Shown one piece after another: positions 9,508 to 19,205 of a stretch of DNA of 64,000 nucleotides. Below the pieces are notes generated by a model that was not told the DNA's origin, did no database searches, and saw only the letters and a program-made list of their open reading frames with translations. Origin of the DNA: Planctomycetota bacterium. GTDB taxonomy: Bacteria > Planctomycetota > PLA2 > JAEUHO01. Both the position numbers and the translations under genes were made by a program. Location of the stretch: contig JBFWRP010000001.1 of assembly GCA_050248855.1 (NCBI GenBank), positions 251,419-315,418 of the forward strand, in the 5' to 3' direction. How positions within the stretch are numbered: position 1 is the first letter of the stretch; every line of letters begins with the position of its first letter.

Positions 9508-11567
9508 GTCGCCACGGGCGGAGTGGGTGCACGCTCGCCGCTTCGGTCGCATTCGCGGCCACCGTGGTCGTCGCAGCCTGGCGGCTGCTTGCCGCTTCGC
9601 CTCCGGGCTGGGTCGTGGCCGTCTACGGCGTTGTCTGCGCGATGGCCATCACGCTGGTGGCCTGGGCCCTCGGGACGTTCGTGCTGCGCCCCGTGTACAC
9701 GCGGGAGCCGCCCGCCGACACCGTGACGCAGCTCGGGACGACCACGACCTTGGGCTTCGTGCTGCTGATTGCGCTGTTGCAGCTGGGCGGGCTGCTGGCG
9801 GGGACGTTGGCGTGGTCCGGTGTGGCGCTGGTCGCGCTCGCGGCCTTCGTGCTGGTCCTGCAGGTGCTCCGTCGCACGTGCCCGGGCCTGGCGATCCGTA
9901 CACGACTCGGCCGCCTGCTCCTGCCGGGCCTCTGTCTTGCCGTCCTGCCCTACGCACTCCGCGGCCTCGCCCCGCTGCATGACTGGGACAGCGCCACGTG
10001 CCATCTGCCGATCGCAGGGCGGCTCGTCGAAGCGGGCCCGTGGTTCACGACCCCCGACCTCCACCTGCTCTACCGCCCGGCGCTCCCCCACACGCTGTAC
10101 GCGGCGCTGCTCACGCTGGACGCCGAAACGGGCATCGTGGCGCTCGGCCTGATGGCCACGCTGGCTGCCGGTTGCCTCGTCTGGGCCCTCGCACGGGAGG
10201 TCGCGGGCCTGGCCGCCGCGCGCTGGGCCGTGGCGGTCTTCGCCTCGATCTCCGTCGTCCTCGAGCTCGCCACGGATCCCCGCGTGGACACGTGGCTGAT
10301 GCTGGCCTATCTGCTGGGGGTCCACGCGCTGGTGCGTCTGCTCGTCAGCGCACGCGCGGGAACCTGGGCCGTCGTGGGCATGGCGGGCGCGGCGGCTTGC
10401 CTGGGCACCAAGTACAACGGCATCCCCCACGCGCTCGTGCTGGGCGCCGGCCTCTCGGCGGCGTGGGCTTGGCGCGTGCGACCCCGCCCCCTCGCCCTCC
10501 TACGCGGTGCAGGCCTCGCCCTCGTCGTCGCGACCCCGTTCGTGCTCGGCTACGTCCGCAACGCCGTCCACTGGGCCGATCCCGTCTACCCCTTCCACTC
10601 GCAGGTGCGTGTGCACGAGGGAGGCCAGCTCGTGCCGCTCCAGGACCTCCTCGCCAAGGCGCCCGCCTGGGTGCGCGACGAGGCCGCCGAGGATGCGCTG
10701 CGCGAGGCCATCCACGAGGCCGAGTCGCCACTGCGCGCGGCGGCGGAGGGCATCCACCCCTTCCTCTGGCTCGAGGCCGTCTGGAACCGCGAGGCCTTTG
10801 CCACCAAGCGCGGCCACGGCAGCAGCCCTTTCCTGGTCTTCGCACCGTTCGCCCTGCTGCTCGGACTTCGACGCCGCACGGCTCTCCTGGCCGCCCTCTT
10901 CCTCGTCGGGACGCTGGCGTTCACGGCCACCAAGCCCGTGCTGCGCTACCAGATGCCCTCGCTGACGGTCGGCGCCGCGGCCGCGGGCGTCGTGCTCGCG
11001 CGCTGGCAAGCGCGCTGGGCGATCGGCCTGCTCGCGCTGCTCCTCGTCGCGTGGGTGACGCCGTCCTGGTTTCGTTGCTGGCGCACGCTCCACCGCCTGG
11101 AGCTCGGCCCGTGGTGGATCGGCCAGCAGGACGACCGGACGTGGCTGGCCCGGGTGGGACACAACGCCGAGCCCGGCATGGCGCGCGCGGCGCTCTGGTT
11201 CGCGCGCGGCATCGCCAGCGGGTCGATTCCCCCCACCGACCGCGTGTGGATGGTCGGCGAAGGGAAGATCCACGCCTTCCCGCTGGATGCGCACCCGTCA
11301 CCGGGACGCGAGGGTCGTGACTGGCTGCTCGTGCTGCGCACGGCCGAGTGGGACGTCGAACGCCTCCGGGACCGGCTGTGGGACGAGGGCTACCGCTGGT
11401 TGCTCGTCAACGAGGCCTGGTTCCACTTCAGCCAGCTCAACGGCTTCGTGAACCGCAGCTACGCCATCGCGACGGAGCGAACCCTGGAGCGCTTCTTCGA
11501 CCGCTGCTGCGAACCTCCCGCCATCGATGACGGGATCATGCGCGTGGCGAGGCTCCGCGCGCCTTGA
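9504..11567 (+). CDS. Polytopic membrane protein, GT-C/mannosyltransferase-like fold, with at least 10 TM helices and a C-terminal soluble domain
   Basis: The start ATG at 9504 overlaps the upstream TGA as ATGA (translational coupling). The N-terminal two-thirds is a series of hydrophobic helices (AITLVAWALGTFVL, LGFVLLIALLQLGGLLAG, LVALAAFVLVL and so on). The tail is Trp/Arg-rich. Confidence 0.6.
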   Translation: MSRHGRSGCTLAASVAFAATVVVAAWRLLAASPPGWVVAVYGVVCAMAITLVAWALGTFVLRPVYTREPPADTVTQLGTTTTLGFVLLIALLQLGGLLAGTLAWSGVALVALAAFVLVLQVLRRTCPGLAIRTRLGRLLLPGLCLAVLPYALRGLAPLHDWDSATCHLPIAGRLVEAGPWFTTPDLHLLYRPALPHTLYAALLTLDAETGIVALGLMATLAAGCLVWALAREVAGLAAARWAVAVFASISVVLELATDPRVDTWLMLAYLLGVHALVRLLVSARAGTWAVVGMAGAAACLGTKYNGIPHALVLGAGLSAAWAWRVRPRPLALLRGAGLALVVATPFVLGYVRNAVHWADPVYPFHSQVRVHEGGQLVPLQDLLAKAPAWVRDEAAEDALREAIHEAESPLRAAAEGIHPFLWLEAVWNREAFATKRGHGSSPFLVFAPFALLLGLRRRTALLAALFLVGTLAFTATKPVLRYQMPSLTVGAAAAGVVLARWQARWAIGLLALLLVAWVTPSWFRCWRTLHRLELGPWWIGQQDDRTWLARVGHNAEPGMARAALWFARGIASGSIPPTDRVWMVGEGKIHAFPLDAHPSPGREGRDWLLVLRTAEWDVERLRDRLWDEGYRWLLVNEAWFHFSQLNGFVNRSYAIATERTLERFFDRCCEPPAIDDGIMRVARLRAP

Positions 11568-11591
11568 GACGGCATGCCCGGTGCCTGCTCG

Positions 11592-12251
11592 TCAGTCTTC
11601 GTACGTCACCTCGAGCCGGGGGTACGCGTCCGCATCGATCAACGTGCCACTCCCGTAGAAGAGGAGTCCGTCCGACGAACCGTCGAAGTCGCTGAGCAGG
11701 CCCTCGTACCGGACCCGGAACGCGGAGAGGGGGCGGCCCGCATCGATGTCGGCCTGCAGCTGGTCCGTCACCGTGGCGAAGAACGGCCGCTCTCCCGAGA
11801 TGGGTCCAGCCAGCGGCGGCGCCAGCTCGGTGAAGCCGCGCTGCAGGTTGCCGCCGTCGAAGTCCCTGTCCGAGAACCGGTTGTCGAACTCCGGCACGAA
11901 GTGGTCCACGACGAGCCGTCCGAAGGGAGCGGGCGTCCCAATCACCAGGTAGCGAACCAACACGATGCGCGCGTTGGTGACGCGAGCGCCCGTGGGAACG
12001 ACCCCGGTCCCGAAGGCAAGGTTGAAGCGCATGACGTCGTCGATCACGTTGTCACCCGCTTGGAGGGACGGGCCCGAACCCAGGATCACGCCGAGATCGC
12101 CAGCAGCAGCCCGCGCGCCCTCGTCCCGGGCCGAGAGAACCACGATCGAGTGGCTGTGGACGCCCCCGCCGGAGCCTCCGGACGAGCCGCCGCACGAGAC
12201 GCACGACAACGCCCCTGCCAGCGCGAGGAGACACGACAAGCCCATCCGCAT
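11592..12251 (-). CDS. Lipoprotein of unknown function
   Basis: ORF 11592..12452 is trimmed to ATG 12251 (MRMGLSCLLALAGALSCVSCGG) and has GGAGGG 6 nt upstream. The lipobox is followed by a Gly/Ser linker. Confidence 0.5.
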   Translation of the reverse strand: MRMGLSCLLALAGALSCVSCGGSSGGSGGGVHSHSIVVLSARDEGARAAAGDLGVILGSGPSLQAGDNVIDDVMRFNLAFGTGVVPTGARVTNARIVLVRYLVIGTPAPFGRLVVDHFVPEFDNRFSDRDFDGGNLQRGFTELAPPLAGPISGERPFFATVTDQLQADIDAGRPLSAFRVRYEGLLSDFDGSSDGLLFYGSGTLIDADAYPRLEVTYED

Positions 12252-12348
12252 GGGAACCCTCCACGTGGCGACCGGGCCGGGAGGGCACCAGCGTACGACC
12301 AGGGCCGGTCCCGCGCACCCGCCCGCGGCGCTTGCACCGACACGGACT

Positions 12349-12807
12349 TCAGCGGGGGAAGGCGCGCCCCAGGATCCCCTCGCGCGCCTTGGCCGCCCGG
12401 CGCAGGCGGGTCGGAGGCTGCTTGGCTTCCCCGATGTAGTCGGCCCAGGCACGCCGATGCGAGGGCGGGAGCCCCTCGAAGGCCTGGGCCAGCGCCGGGT
12501 CCTTGTCGAGCACCGCGCGCAGCTCGTCCGGGATGACGACGGGGCGCGGCTTCGTATCGCGCGACAGGGTGACGCTCACGCGGTCCCCGCGTGCAACACC
12601 CGCCTTCTCGAGTACCTCCCGCTTCACCGCGATGCGCAGCACACCCTGCGACCGCGACGCCGTGCCGCGAAACGACGTTCCCGCCACGACGACGTGTACA
12701 GGTCCATGACCGACGGAACGCGCCACGTCCGCTGGAACCTCGATGAAGGTCCAGGACGTGTAGGGCGCCTTGCGCCCGGCCACCAACACGGTCTCGAAGC
12801 GACTCAT
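12349..12807 (-). CDS. DUF1905 / YdeI (OmpD-associated) family protein
   Basis: MSRFETVLVAGRKAPYTSWTFIEVPADVARSVGHGPVHVVVAGTSFRGT... and the C-terminal ...HRRAWADYIGEAKQPPTRLRR match the YdeI/DUF1905 architecture. Confidence 0.6.
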   Translation of the reverse strand: MSRFETVLVAGRKAPYTSWTFIEVPADVARSVGHGPVHVVVAGTSFRGTASRSQGVLRIAVKREVLEKAGVARGDRVSVTLSRDTKPRPVVIPDELRAVLDKDPALAQAFEGLPPSHRRAWADYIGEAKQPPTRLRRAAKAREGILGRAFPR

Positions 12808-12984
12808 GGTCGATCACGGTAACGTCGTCGACGTCCCACGGGAACGACGTGGCTCACCCTCCAGCGGCAGCGCTACGCCAAGTTGGACGCCCGTCCCCAG
12901 GCCGTGGTCCAAGCGCTGCCAAGGCCCACGATTCCGGCCTTCCAGCCATTCGTTCGGGCGTCAGCGATTGCTAGGTTGGCGGGC

Positions 12985-14382
12985 ATGAAGACGCTCCTTG
13001 CCCGGCTGTCCGCACCCGTTCTCGCGACGCTCGTCGCGCTCGCCCTGGCCTGTGCCGTGCCTCCCGCCGCACCGCACCCGGCGCGGGCCGACGACAAGGG
13101 CGAGGAGCCCCCGCCGGCCGCGGCGGGCGACGACGAGCCCGAGATCGAGGACATCTTCGAAGGGGCTACGACGTTCACCAGCGCGCAGGTCGAGACCGCC
13201 ATCAAGAAGGGCCTGTCGTGGCTCGGCAAGAAGCGGCGCAGCGACGGCAGCTGGGGCGAGATCGAGGGGGACACGTTCTACGGCGGGGACACGGACGACG
13301 GCCGGTTGCGCGGCTACGGTCATCCGGCTGGCGTGACGTCGCTCGTCCTCTACACGCTGCTCAAGTGCGGCGTCGCTCCCGGGGACCCATCCATCAAGGG
13401 TGGATTCCGCTACCTCGAAGACAGCCGCTTGATGAAGCCCCGTGGCGCCTACGAGTCCTCGATGCTGTTGCTGGCCCTCACGGCGACCGCCGATCCCTTC
13501 AAGACATCGGCCGCCTCCAAGCAAGCCGAGGGCTCGGAGCGCTACAAGCTGAAGGGGAAGCACCGTCGCCAAGCCGACGATCTCGTCAAGCACCTCGTCA
13601 AGCAGCGCTTCGTGGGCTCACGCGGCTGGCGCTACTTCATCAACGAGACGCCGGCGCCCGGTGGGCCGGAAGACATGTCGAGTACCCAGCTGGCCGCCCT
13701 GGCCCTCATGGCCGCGCAGCGCGCGGGGCTGCGCGTGGACAAGGACGTGTGGGAGGACATCTTGGCGTACTCGATGGCCCAGCAGGCCACCGAGGGCCCC
13801 GAGGTCGAGATCCTCGATCCCGCGGATCGCAGCAAGACCTACAAGGCTCGAAGCCGCGGCTTCAGCTACATCAAGGGCGACAGCGACCTGCGCCACGCGC
13901 TGCCCAGCGGCTCCATGACCGCGTGCGCGCTGGCCAACATCGAGATGGCGCGCTACAGCCTGCGCAGCGGCAAGGGCGGCCGCGAGGCGTGGGACGCCCG
14001 TCCCGACGCCGCACGGGTCCAAGCCGCGCTCTACGACGGCTTGGCGTGGCTCCACGCCCACTGGAGTCCCTTTGCCAACCCCCAGCCGGGCGGACGCAAC
14101 GACCAGGGCAGCTACCACATCTACTACCTGTACGCCGTGGAGCGGGCCATGGACTTGCTGGGCCTCAAGGCCATCGACCGTCACCCCTGGTACAGCGAGA
14201 TGGGCCAGGAGCTGCTCAACCGCCAGTTCCCGGACGGCCACTGGGGGACGGGCAGCACGCACGAGCCCAACGACGTGCTCGACACGTGCTTTGCGCTGCT
14301 GTTCCTGAAGCGGGCCACCACGGACGTGATCGCCTTCCCGTCCTTCACCAACGGGAGCGGCGACGCCAGCGACAACCGCTAG
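12985..14382 (+). CDS. Secreted protein with prenyltransferase / squalene-cyclase-like alpha-alpha toroid repeats
   Basis: ORF 12883 is trimmed to ATG 12985 (MKTLLARLSAPVLATLVALALACAVPPAAPHPARA, a signal peptide). Repeats of the type DGSWGE...G.TSLVLYTLLKCG and DGHWGTGS...DTCFALLFL resemble terpenoid cyclase / prenyltransferase beta-subunit repeats. Confidence 0.55.
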   Translation: MKTLLARLSAPVLATLVALALACAVPPAAPHPARADDKGEEPPPAAAGDDEPEIEDIFEGATTFTSAQVETAIKKGLSWLGKKRRSDGSWGEIEGDTFYGGDTDDGRLRGYGHPAGVTSLVLYTLLKCGVAPGDPSIKGGFRYLEDSRLMKPRGAYESSMLLLALTATADPFKTSAASKQAEGSERYKLKGKHRRQADDLVKHLVKQRFVGSRGWRYFINETPAPGGPEDMSSTQLAALALMAAQRAGLRVDKDVWEDILAYSMAQQATEGPEVEILDPADRSKTYKARSRGFSYIKGDSDLRHALPSGSMTACALANIEMARYSLRSGKGGREAWDARPDAARVQAALYDGLAWLHAHWSPFANPQPGGRNDQGSYHIYYLYAVERAMDLLGLKAIDRHPWYSEMGQELLNRQFPDGHWGTGSTHEPNDVLDTCFALLFLKRATTDVIAFPSFTNGSGDASDNR

Positions 14383-14816
14383 GACGCGAACCTCTCGCCG
14401 GTGCACGAGCGCAGGAAGGCGTCTTCGGGAAGCGAGCCACTGCGGACCATGGCGCCCAGGAAGTCCCAGCAGTTGTGGGCTTCGAAGAGCTTGCCGTCGC
14501 GCACGGTGCACAAGGCGCCGCCCTCGAACGACACGGGCTTGCCCCCGGCGCTCCCCACGGCCCGGCACCGACCGTAGACGCGGTCGCCCAGCTCCAGCGT
14601 GTCGAGGACCTCGATCCGGATGTCGTCGAACGTGGTCTGGAAGGCCTCCCACACCGCACGGAACCCCTCCGGACCCCGGATGGGCTCCGGCCCGAGCCCA
14701 TGGGCCACGCCGTCTTCGTGGAACAGGTCCTGCATGGCGCTTGCGTCCTTCTGGTTCCAGACGCGCTCGAACCAGCTGCGGAACACCTGCGTTGCGGTCA
14801 GGCCCACGTCGCTCAT
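14379..14816 (-). CDS. SnoaL-like / NTF2-fold protein
   Basis: MSDVGLTATQVFRSWFERVWNQKDASAMQDLFHEDGVAHG...GKLFEAHNCWDFLG is the SnoaL/ester-cyclase-like pattern. Its stop overlaps the convergent gene at 14379-14382. Confidence 0.6.
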   Translation of the reverse strand: MSDVGLTATQVFRSWFERVWNQKDASAMQDLFHEDGVAHGLGPEPIRGPEGFRAVWEAFQTTFDDIRIEVLDTLELGDRVYGRCRAVGSAGGKPVSFEGGALCTVRDGKLFEAHNCWDFLGAMVRSGSLPEDAFLRSCTGERFAS

Positions 14817-14891
14817 GGCCTCCTCCTCCTCTCTTGCTCCCGGGTTGCGGGAGGTCGTACCACGACGAGGAGGGCCCGCCGTGCCCCGCCG

Positions 14892-15701
14892 TCAGGCGCG
14901 AAGGCCCGCTCGATCCGTAGGCGGCATGACGGTCCCCCAGGTCAGCACACACGACACGGGATAGGTCAGGCGACCGTCTCGCACGTGGGGGGCGACGATC
15001 CGCAGCACGCCCTCGTCGAGCTCACGCAACGCGACGGCTCCCAGTCGGCGGCGCGCCAGCGCGGACCTCGAGTGCACCAGGTCGAGGTACTCCTCGATCG
15101 ACTGCGAGACGAGTCCAGGCGCCGTCTCGTGGCGCCCCCCAGCCTGGAAGAGCCCACGCCGCTCCAGCTCGGCGACGAGGTCCAGCGCCTGCCAGTCCCG
15201 GTTCACCGAATGGCGGGCGATCAGCTCGTGCAGCTCGCCGCGCCAGGGCGTCGCCTCGTCGTCGCGTGTCAGCAGGACGAGACGCCCCGGAGGTCGCAAG
15301 ACCTTGGCGAGCCGCGCGAAGGTGGGCTCCCAGTCGACCCAGTGGATGCTGTCGCCGGCCATCGCCAGGTCGTAGGGCGGCGACAGCTCGACCTCGTGCA
15401 CCTGTCCATGGATCCAACGGATTGAGGCCGCGCCGCCACCGGGCAGCCTCCGCGCGAGATCCAACATGGGCATCGCGATGTCCACCGCATCGATGCCCGC
15501 CGCGCACCCCACCAGGCGCCGGGCCAGCTCGCCCGTGCCCGTACCGATGTCGAGCACACGGCCGCCCCGTGCTCCCAGCCAGGCCAAGAGGTCGCACGTC
15601 TCTTCCGGGTAGGCCGGGCGCGCGAGGTACGAGCGGGCCGCATCGGCGTCCTGCCACGCGCTACCGTGCTCGGGGGACCACTGGGTAGGCTTGGCGTCCA
15701 C
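14892..15701 (-). CDS. Class I SAM-dependent methyltransferase
   Basis: Motif I is VLDIGTGTGELARRL. The acidic post-I motif is DAVDIAMPML. Motif II is the LVLLTRD region. Confidence 0.7.
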   Translation of the reverse strand: MDAKPTQWSPEHGSAWQDADAARSYLARPAYPEETCDLLAWLGARGGRVLDIGTGTGELARRLVGCAAGIDAVDIAMPMLDLARRLPGGGAASIRWIHGQVHEVELSPPYDLAMAGDSIHWVDWEPTFARLAKVLRPPGRLVLLTRDDEATPWRGELHELIARHSVNRDWQALDLVAELERRGLFQAGGRHETAPGLVSQSIEEYLDLVHSRSALARRRLGAVALRELDEGVLRIVAPHVRDGRLTYPVSCVLTWGTVMPPTDRAGLRA

Positions 15702-15762
15702 GAGGCCAGCGTAGCGCGCGCCCGCCCCGGCTGCCGGCCGGTCCCCCTCGCTTGCAGGGCTG

Positions 15763-17901
15763 CTACTGCTTGCTGAACACGAAGTCCACGGCGTAGCCCT
15801 CGGACGTGTCGCGGCCCGTCAGGCGCTTGCCGTCGAAGACAAGCGTGACGCTACCCGACTCGCCCTGCTCGGCGGCCCCCGTGTCCAGGTTGCGCGTCAC
15901 CGACTGGAGGATGTGGAACACGAGCTGGTTGCCACGCACCTCGATGGAGCCGGCCGCGGCGGTCTGGAGTCGACCGACACCGGCGATCGTCGCGAGGGCC
16001 AGTCCCTCCCAGGCCAGCTGGCCCTGCTCGTTGCGCGCGATGACGAGCGTAGCCGGTGCCACCAAGCGCCCGTTGGGCAGGTGGTGGGTCTGCTGGCCGC
16101 TCCAACGGCCCAGGATCGGCGCGGCCGGATCCGCCTGGGTCTCCCCGCCAGGACCCGCATCGGCTCCGCCACCCGCCCCATCGCCCGCGGTGAGGATCGG
16201 CCCGCTACCCTCGGAGATCTTCCAGCGTTCGAGGATGTCGGCGGGCAGCTCCGGCAGCTCGGGGCCCGTGACGCCGTGCGCCCACAGCTGCTTCACGTCG
16301 ACCAGCTTGCCCGGCATCTGGCCCTGGAACACGGCCACGAGCTGTTGCGCACCGCGCTCCTGGACGTGCTCCCACGACCGGTAGCCCTCGCCGAGTCCAC
16401 CGCGGATGCCCGTGGACTCGATCGGCAACCACTTGCGCTCCGTCGAGCCGCGCTCGGCGGGCAGCAAGAACACGGGGAGACAATGCCCGGGCACGATGAG
16501 CAGATACGGATCCAGCCCGAGCGAGGCTCCCATGGCGGCGTAGAGGATCGCGGTATCGATGCACGTGCCCGCCTTGTCGCGGATCACGTCGCGCGGGTAC
16601 TTGATGTTCTGGAGGCTCTTGGGGTCGAAGCTGAGCGAACGGTCCTGGAGGCCCGAGGGGGTGACGTAGACGAAGTCGTTGCGTACCCACAGCTCGTAGA
16701 TCGCGTGCAGGGTCTTGCGTGCGGCGTTGGGGTCGAGCCCGCTCGGCGCTCCACCGGCCAAGCGGTTGGCCATGGCCGCGAACTGGTCCACCACCGGGTC
16801 CTCGCGGCTGACCCACGCGGCGAGCAGGTCCGAGTTCTGCGTCATCACCTCGTAGAAGTTGTCCGCGAGGTACTCGCCCGTCTGGTAGCTGGAGAAGTAG
16901 AACTCGTGACCCCCGAGCAGCGTTGCCCGGGCGCCATCGCTGTCCTTGTACTCCTTCCCGCCGGCATCCTCGTACGTGAACTCGTACATGATGTTGGCCG
17001 GAGTCTTGCTCTGCAGCTGCGCGATCTTGGCATCGAGCACCGGGTGGTACGGCGCGATGACCGTCTGGCCGGGGACCAGCTCCGGGAACTTGGTCCAGAG
17101 GCCCCAGTCGGCGAACCCGGGGATCTGGAACCGGATGCGCAGGTTGTGCACCACGCTCGGGCCCGTGTTCCGGACGACGGCCTTGGCCAGCCAGTGGTCG
17201 GGAGCGGCGTCCGCCAGGGCGTAGGCCTTGTACGCCCCCGTGAGGATGCGCGGCTTCACGCGGAGCGCCGTGGCAAGGCGGGGGCGGCCCTCCCCCTCGG
17301 GGCGGTCCAGGTGGTAGCGGAACACCCCCGCCTTCTCGTCCACCTGGATGTCCTTCGCCGCCTCGGGGAGGCGCACGCCAAAGGTCATCTCCAGCGCCAG
17401 CTCGTCGTTGGTCTGGTCGACGACCCACAGGAGGGTCGTGCCCCCCTCGCTCTCCTTGCGCTCGAAGCCCCGGACCGTTTGTCCTTCCTCCAGCTCGAGG
17501 TCCACCATCCACTTGCCGGAGCCGAGGTTCTTCGCGTAGCCCAGCAAGTTCATGCGCGTCCGGATGCGCAGGTTGCGCTCGTCGAACGTCACGGGGTCGG
17601 GGAACTCGGTCTCGAGCGCCGAGTGGTGGGCCACCACGTCGCGGAACAGCAGCTCCGGCGTGTTGTAGCGCACTTTCAACAGCTTCCACCGCTCGGGCGC
17701 CGGGCGCAGGCTGAGGTCGAACGCGAAGTCGCCCTGCGGGCTCAGCGTTCCGATCATGTCGATGTACGCCTGGCTGGGAGGGGGACGGCTCGGGCCTTCC
17801 TCCGCGCGCGCGACGACGGCGCCGAGCGCCACGAGCGAAAGCGCCACGAACGGAAGCGCTACGAGCATGCGGAAGGCCACACGACGACGGACCCGTGCCA
17901 C
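15763..17901 (-). CDS. Secreted transglutaminase-like cysteine protease domain protein
   Basis: ORF 15763..18678 is trimmed to GTG 17901 (VARVRRRVAFRMLVALPFVALSLVALGAVVARAEE, a signal peptide) with AAGGAG 7 nt upstream. The transglutaminase-like core is AGTCIDTAILYAAMGASLGLDPYLLIVPGHCLPVF (Cys...His). Confidence 0.6.
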   Translation of the reverse strand: MARVRRRVAFRMLVALPFVALSLVALGAVVARAEEGPSRPPPSQAYIDMIGTLSPQGDFAFDLSLRPAPERWKLLKVRYNTPELLFRDVVAHHSALETEFPDPVTFDERNLRIRTRMNLLGYAKNLGSGKWMVDLELEEGQTVRGFERKESEGGTTLLWVVDQTNDELALEMTFGVRLPEAAKDIQVDEKAGVFRYHLDRPEGEGRPRLATALRVKPRILTGAYKAYALADAAPDHWLAKAVVRNTGPSVVHNLRIRFQIPGFADWGLWTKFPELVPGQTVIAPYHPVLDAKIAQLQSKTPANIMYEFTYEDAGGKEYKDSDGARATLLGGHEFYFSSYQTGEYLADNFYEVMTQNSDLLAAWVSREDPVVDQFAAMANRLAGGAPSGLDPNAARKTLHAIYELWVRNDFVYVTPSGLQDRSLSFDPKSLQNIKYPRDVIRDKAGTCIDTAILYAAMGASLGLDPYLLIVPGHCLPVFLLPAERGSTERKWLPIESTGIRGGLGEGYRSWEHVQERGAQQLVAVFQGQMPGKLVDVKQLWAHGVTGPELPELPADILERWKISEGSGPILTAGDGAGGGADAGPGGETQADPAAPILGRWSGQQTHHLPNGRLVAPATLVIARNEQGQLAWEGLALATIAGVGRLQTAAAGSIEVRGNQLVFHILQSVTRNLDTGAAEQGESGSVTLVFDGKRLTGRDTSEGYAVDFVFSKQ

Positions 17902-18019
17902 GCTACGACTCCTTCGACCCGGACGTCGGGTTGGGCGGAGACGGTACCACGTGACGCGACGGGGACCAACGCGCCCGGGTATCGCGGCAGGCCGTAGGAT
18001 CTCGCGCGGCAAGGATCCC

Positions 18020-19150
18020 ATGAAGGCGTCACCTCCAGCTTTCCTCTCGGCTTGCATCCTGCTGGCGATGGCGTGGCCCGCCGGGCCGGTAGGCGCCGAC
18101 ACCACACATGGCTGGCTCGAGCGCGAGGGCGTCTTCACGTGCTGGGACGCCGATGCGCCCTGGGACCGCACGTGCGAGATCAGCGGTGCCATCCGCACGC
18201 GACGCGGGCTCGTGGTTGCGACCGACAAGCCCCTCGGTGGCGTGGCGGGCGTGTCCCACGTCTGGCGCACCCGCCTGCCCGGCGCGGGGGCCACGCCGCG
18301 CCTGGCCGAGTACGCGGCACCCGCCCTGCGGGGCAGCACGAAGATCGAAGGCCTGGCCGTCGAGGCGGACGGCGACTGGTGCTTTGCGACCACCTCGTTC
18401 AGCTGGTTCGTACCAGGCGAGCCGGAGCGGGCAGACGCCTGGAACTGCCTGGTCGCGTGGCGCGAATCCGTGCCCGGCTCCGCCCACGTGGTGGAGCCCA
18501 CGGTGCGTTCCGGCGTCACGAGCTCCGTGTCGCTCCTGCCTCGCCTCCGGGCGGCCCTCGCCAGTCCGACACATCCCGCCGGGCCCGCGTGGTTCAAGAT
18601 CGAGGGCCTGGCGGTCCTCCCCGGCCGACGTCTCGCCTTCGGCGTGCGGGCCGTCGGTCCTTCGCATCGCGAGCCCACGATGGTCGGGATCGTCCTGGCT
18701 TCGCGCTATGCGGTCTGCGGGGGTCGCGTCCGGCTGGTCGGTCCGCTCGACAAGATCGTCGAGTGGGACCCCGGCGCGGTCGTCGGGCGACCCGCCGGCG
18801 TCTCCGGACTCACGTACGACACGACGGCCCGCAGGCTGCTCGTGTTGACGTCCTACGAGGCAGCGCCCGCGAGCCGCCCCGAAGACCTCGACGGCTGGGT
18901 GTGGGTGCTGTCGCACGATGCCTTGCACCGGGGCTGCCCGCCCGCCCTGGTCCGCGACGGCACGGGGGCGCCGCTGCGGTTCGGCCACAAGCCCGAGGCG
19001 ATCGCACAAGCCGGCAGGAACCGCTACCTGGTCATCCACGACGACGACCGCGTTCTCGGACCACCCGACGACGACGGAGCCCACGCAACGCTTCCGCGCA
19101 CGCGCAACCAAGCGCGCTACGCGTATCTCCGGCTCGGCTCGCCGCGCTGA
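18020..19150 (+). CDS. Secreted hypothetical protein
   Basis: ORF 17756 is trimmed to ATG 18020 (MKASPPAFLSACILLAMAWPAGPVGA) with AAGGA 5 nt upstream. It is divergent from the transglutaminase-like gene. I recognised no family. Confidence 0.5.
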   Translation: MKASPPAFLSACILLAMAWPAGPVGADTTHGWLEREGVFTCWDADAPWDRTCEISGAIRTRRGLVVATDKPLGGVAGVSHVWRTRLPGAGATPRLAEYAAPALRGSTKIEGLAVEADGDWCFATTSFSWFVPGEPERADAWNCLVAWRESVPGSAHVVEPTVRSGVTSSVSLLPRLRAALASPTHPAGPAWFKIEGLAVLPGRRLAFGVRAVGPSHREPTMVGIVLASRYAVCGGRVRLVGPLDKIVEWDPGAVVGRPAGVSGLTYDTTARRLLVLTSYEAAPASRPEDLDGWVWVLSHDALHRGCPPALVRDGTGAPLRFGHKPEAIAQAGRNRYLVIHDDDRVLGPPDDDGAHATLPRTRNQARYAYLRLGSPR

Positions 19151-19205
19151 ACCCCACGTAGCGACCGCCCTCGATCGACGACCCCGACTGGTAGAGTGCG
19201 CCGCG

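Noticed and set aside
15913-17997. 694-aa plus-strand ORF opposite the transglutaminase-like gene
   Set aside because: It has no recognisable motifs and an extreme Arg/Leu/Val/Glu composition. The minus frame has a signal peptide, a Cys/His transglutaminase core and a good RBS.
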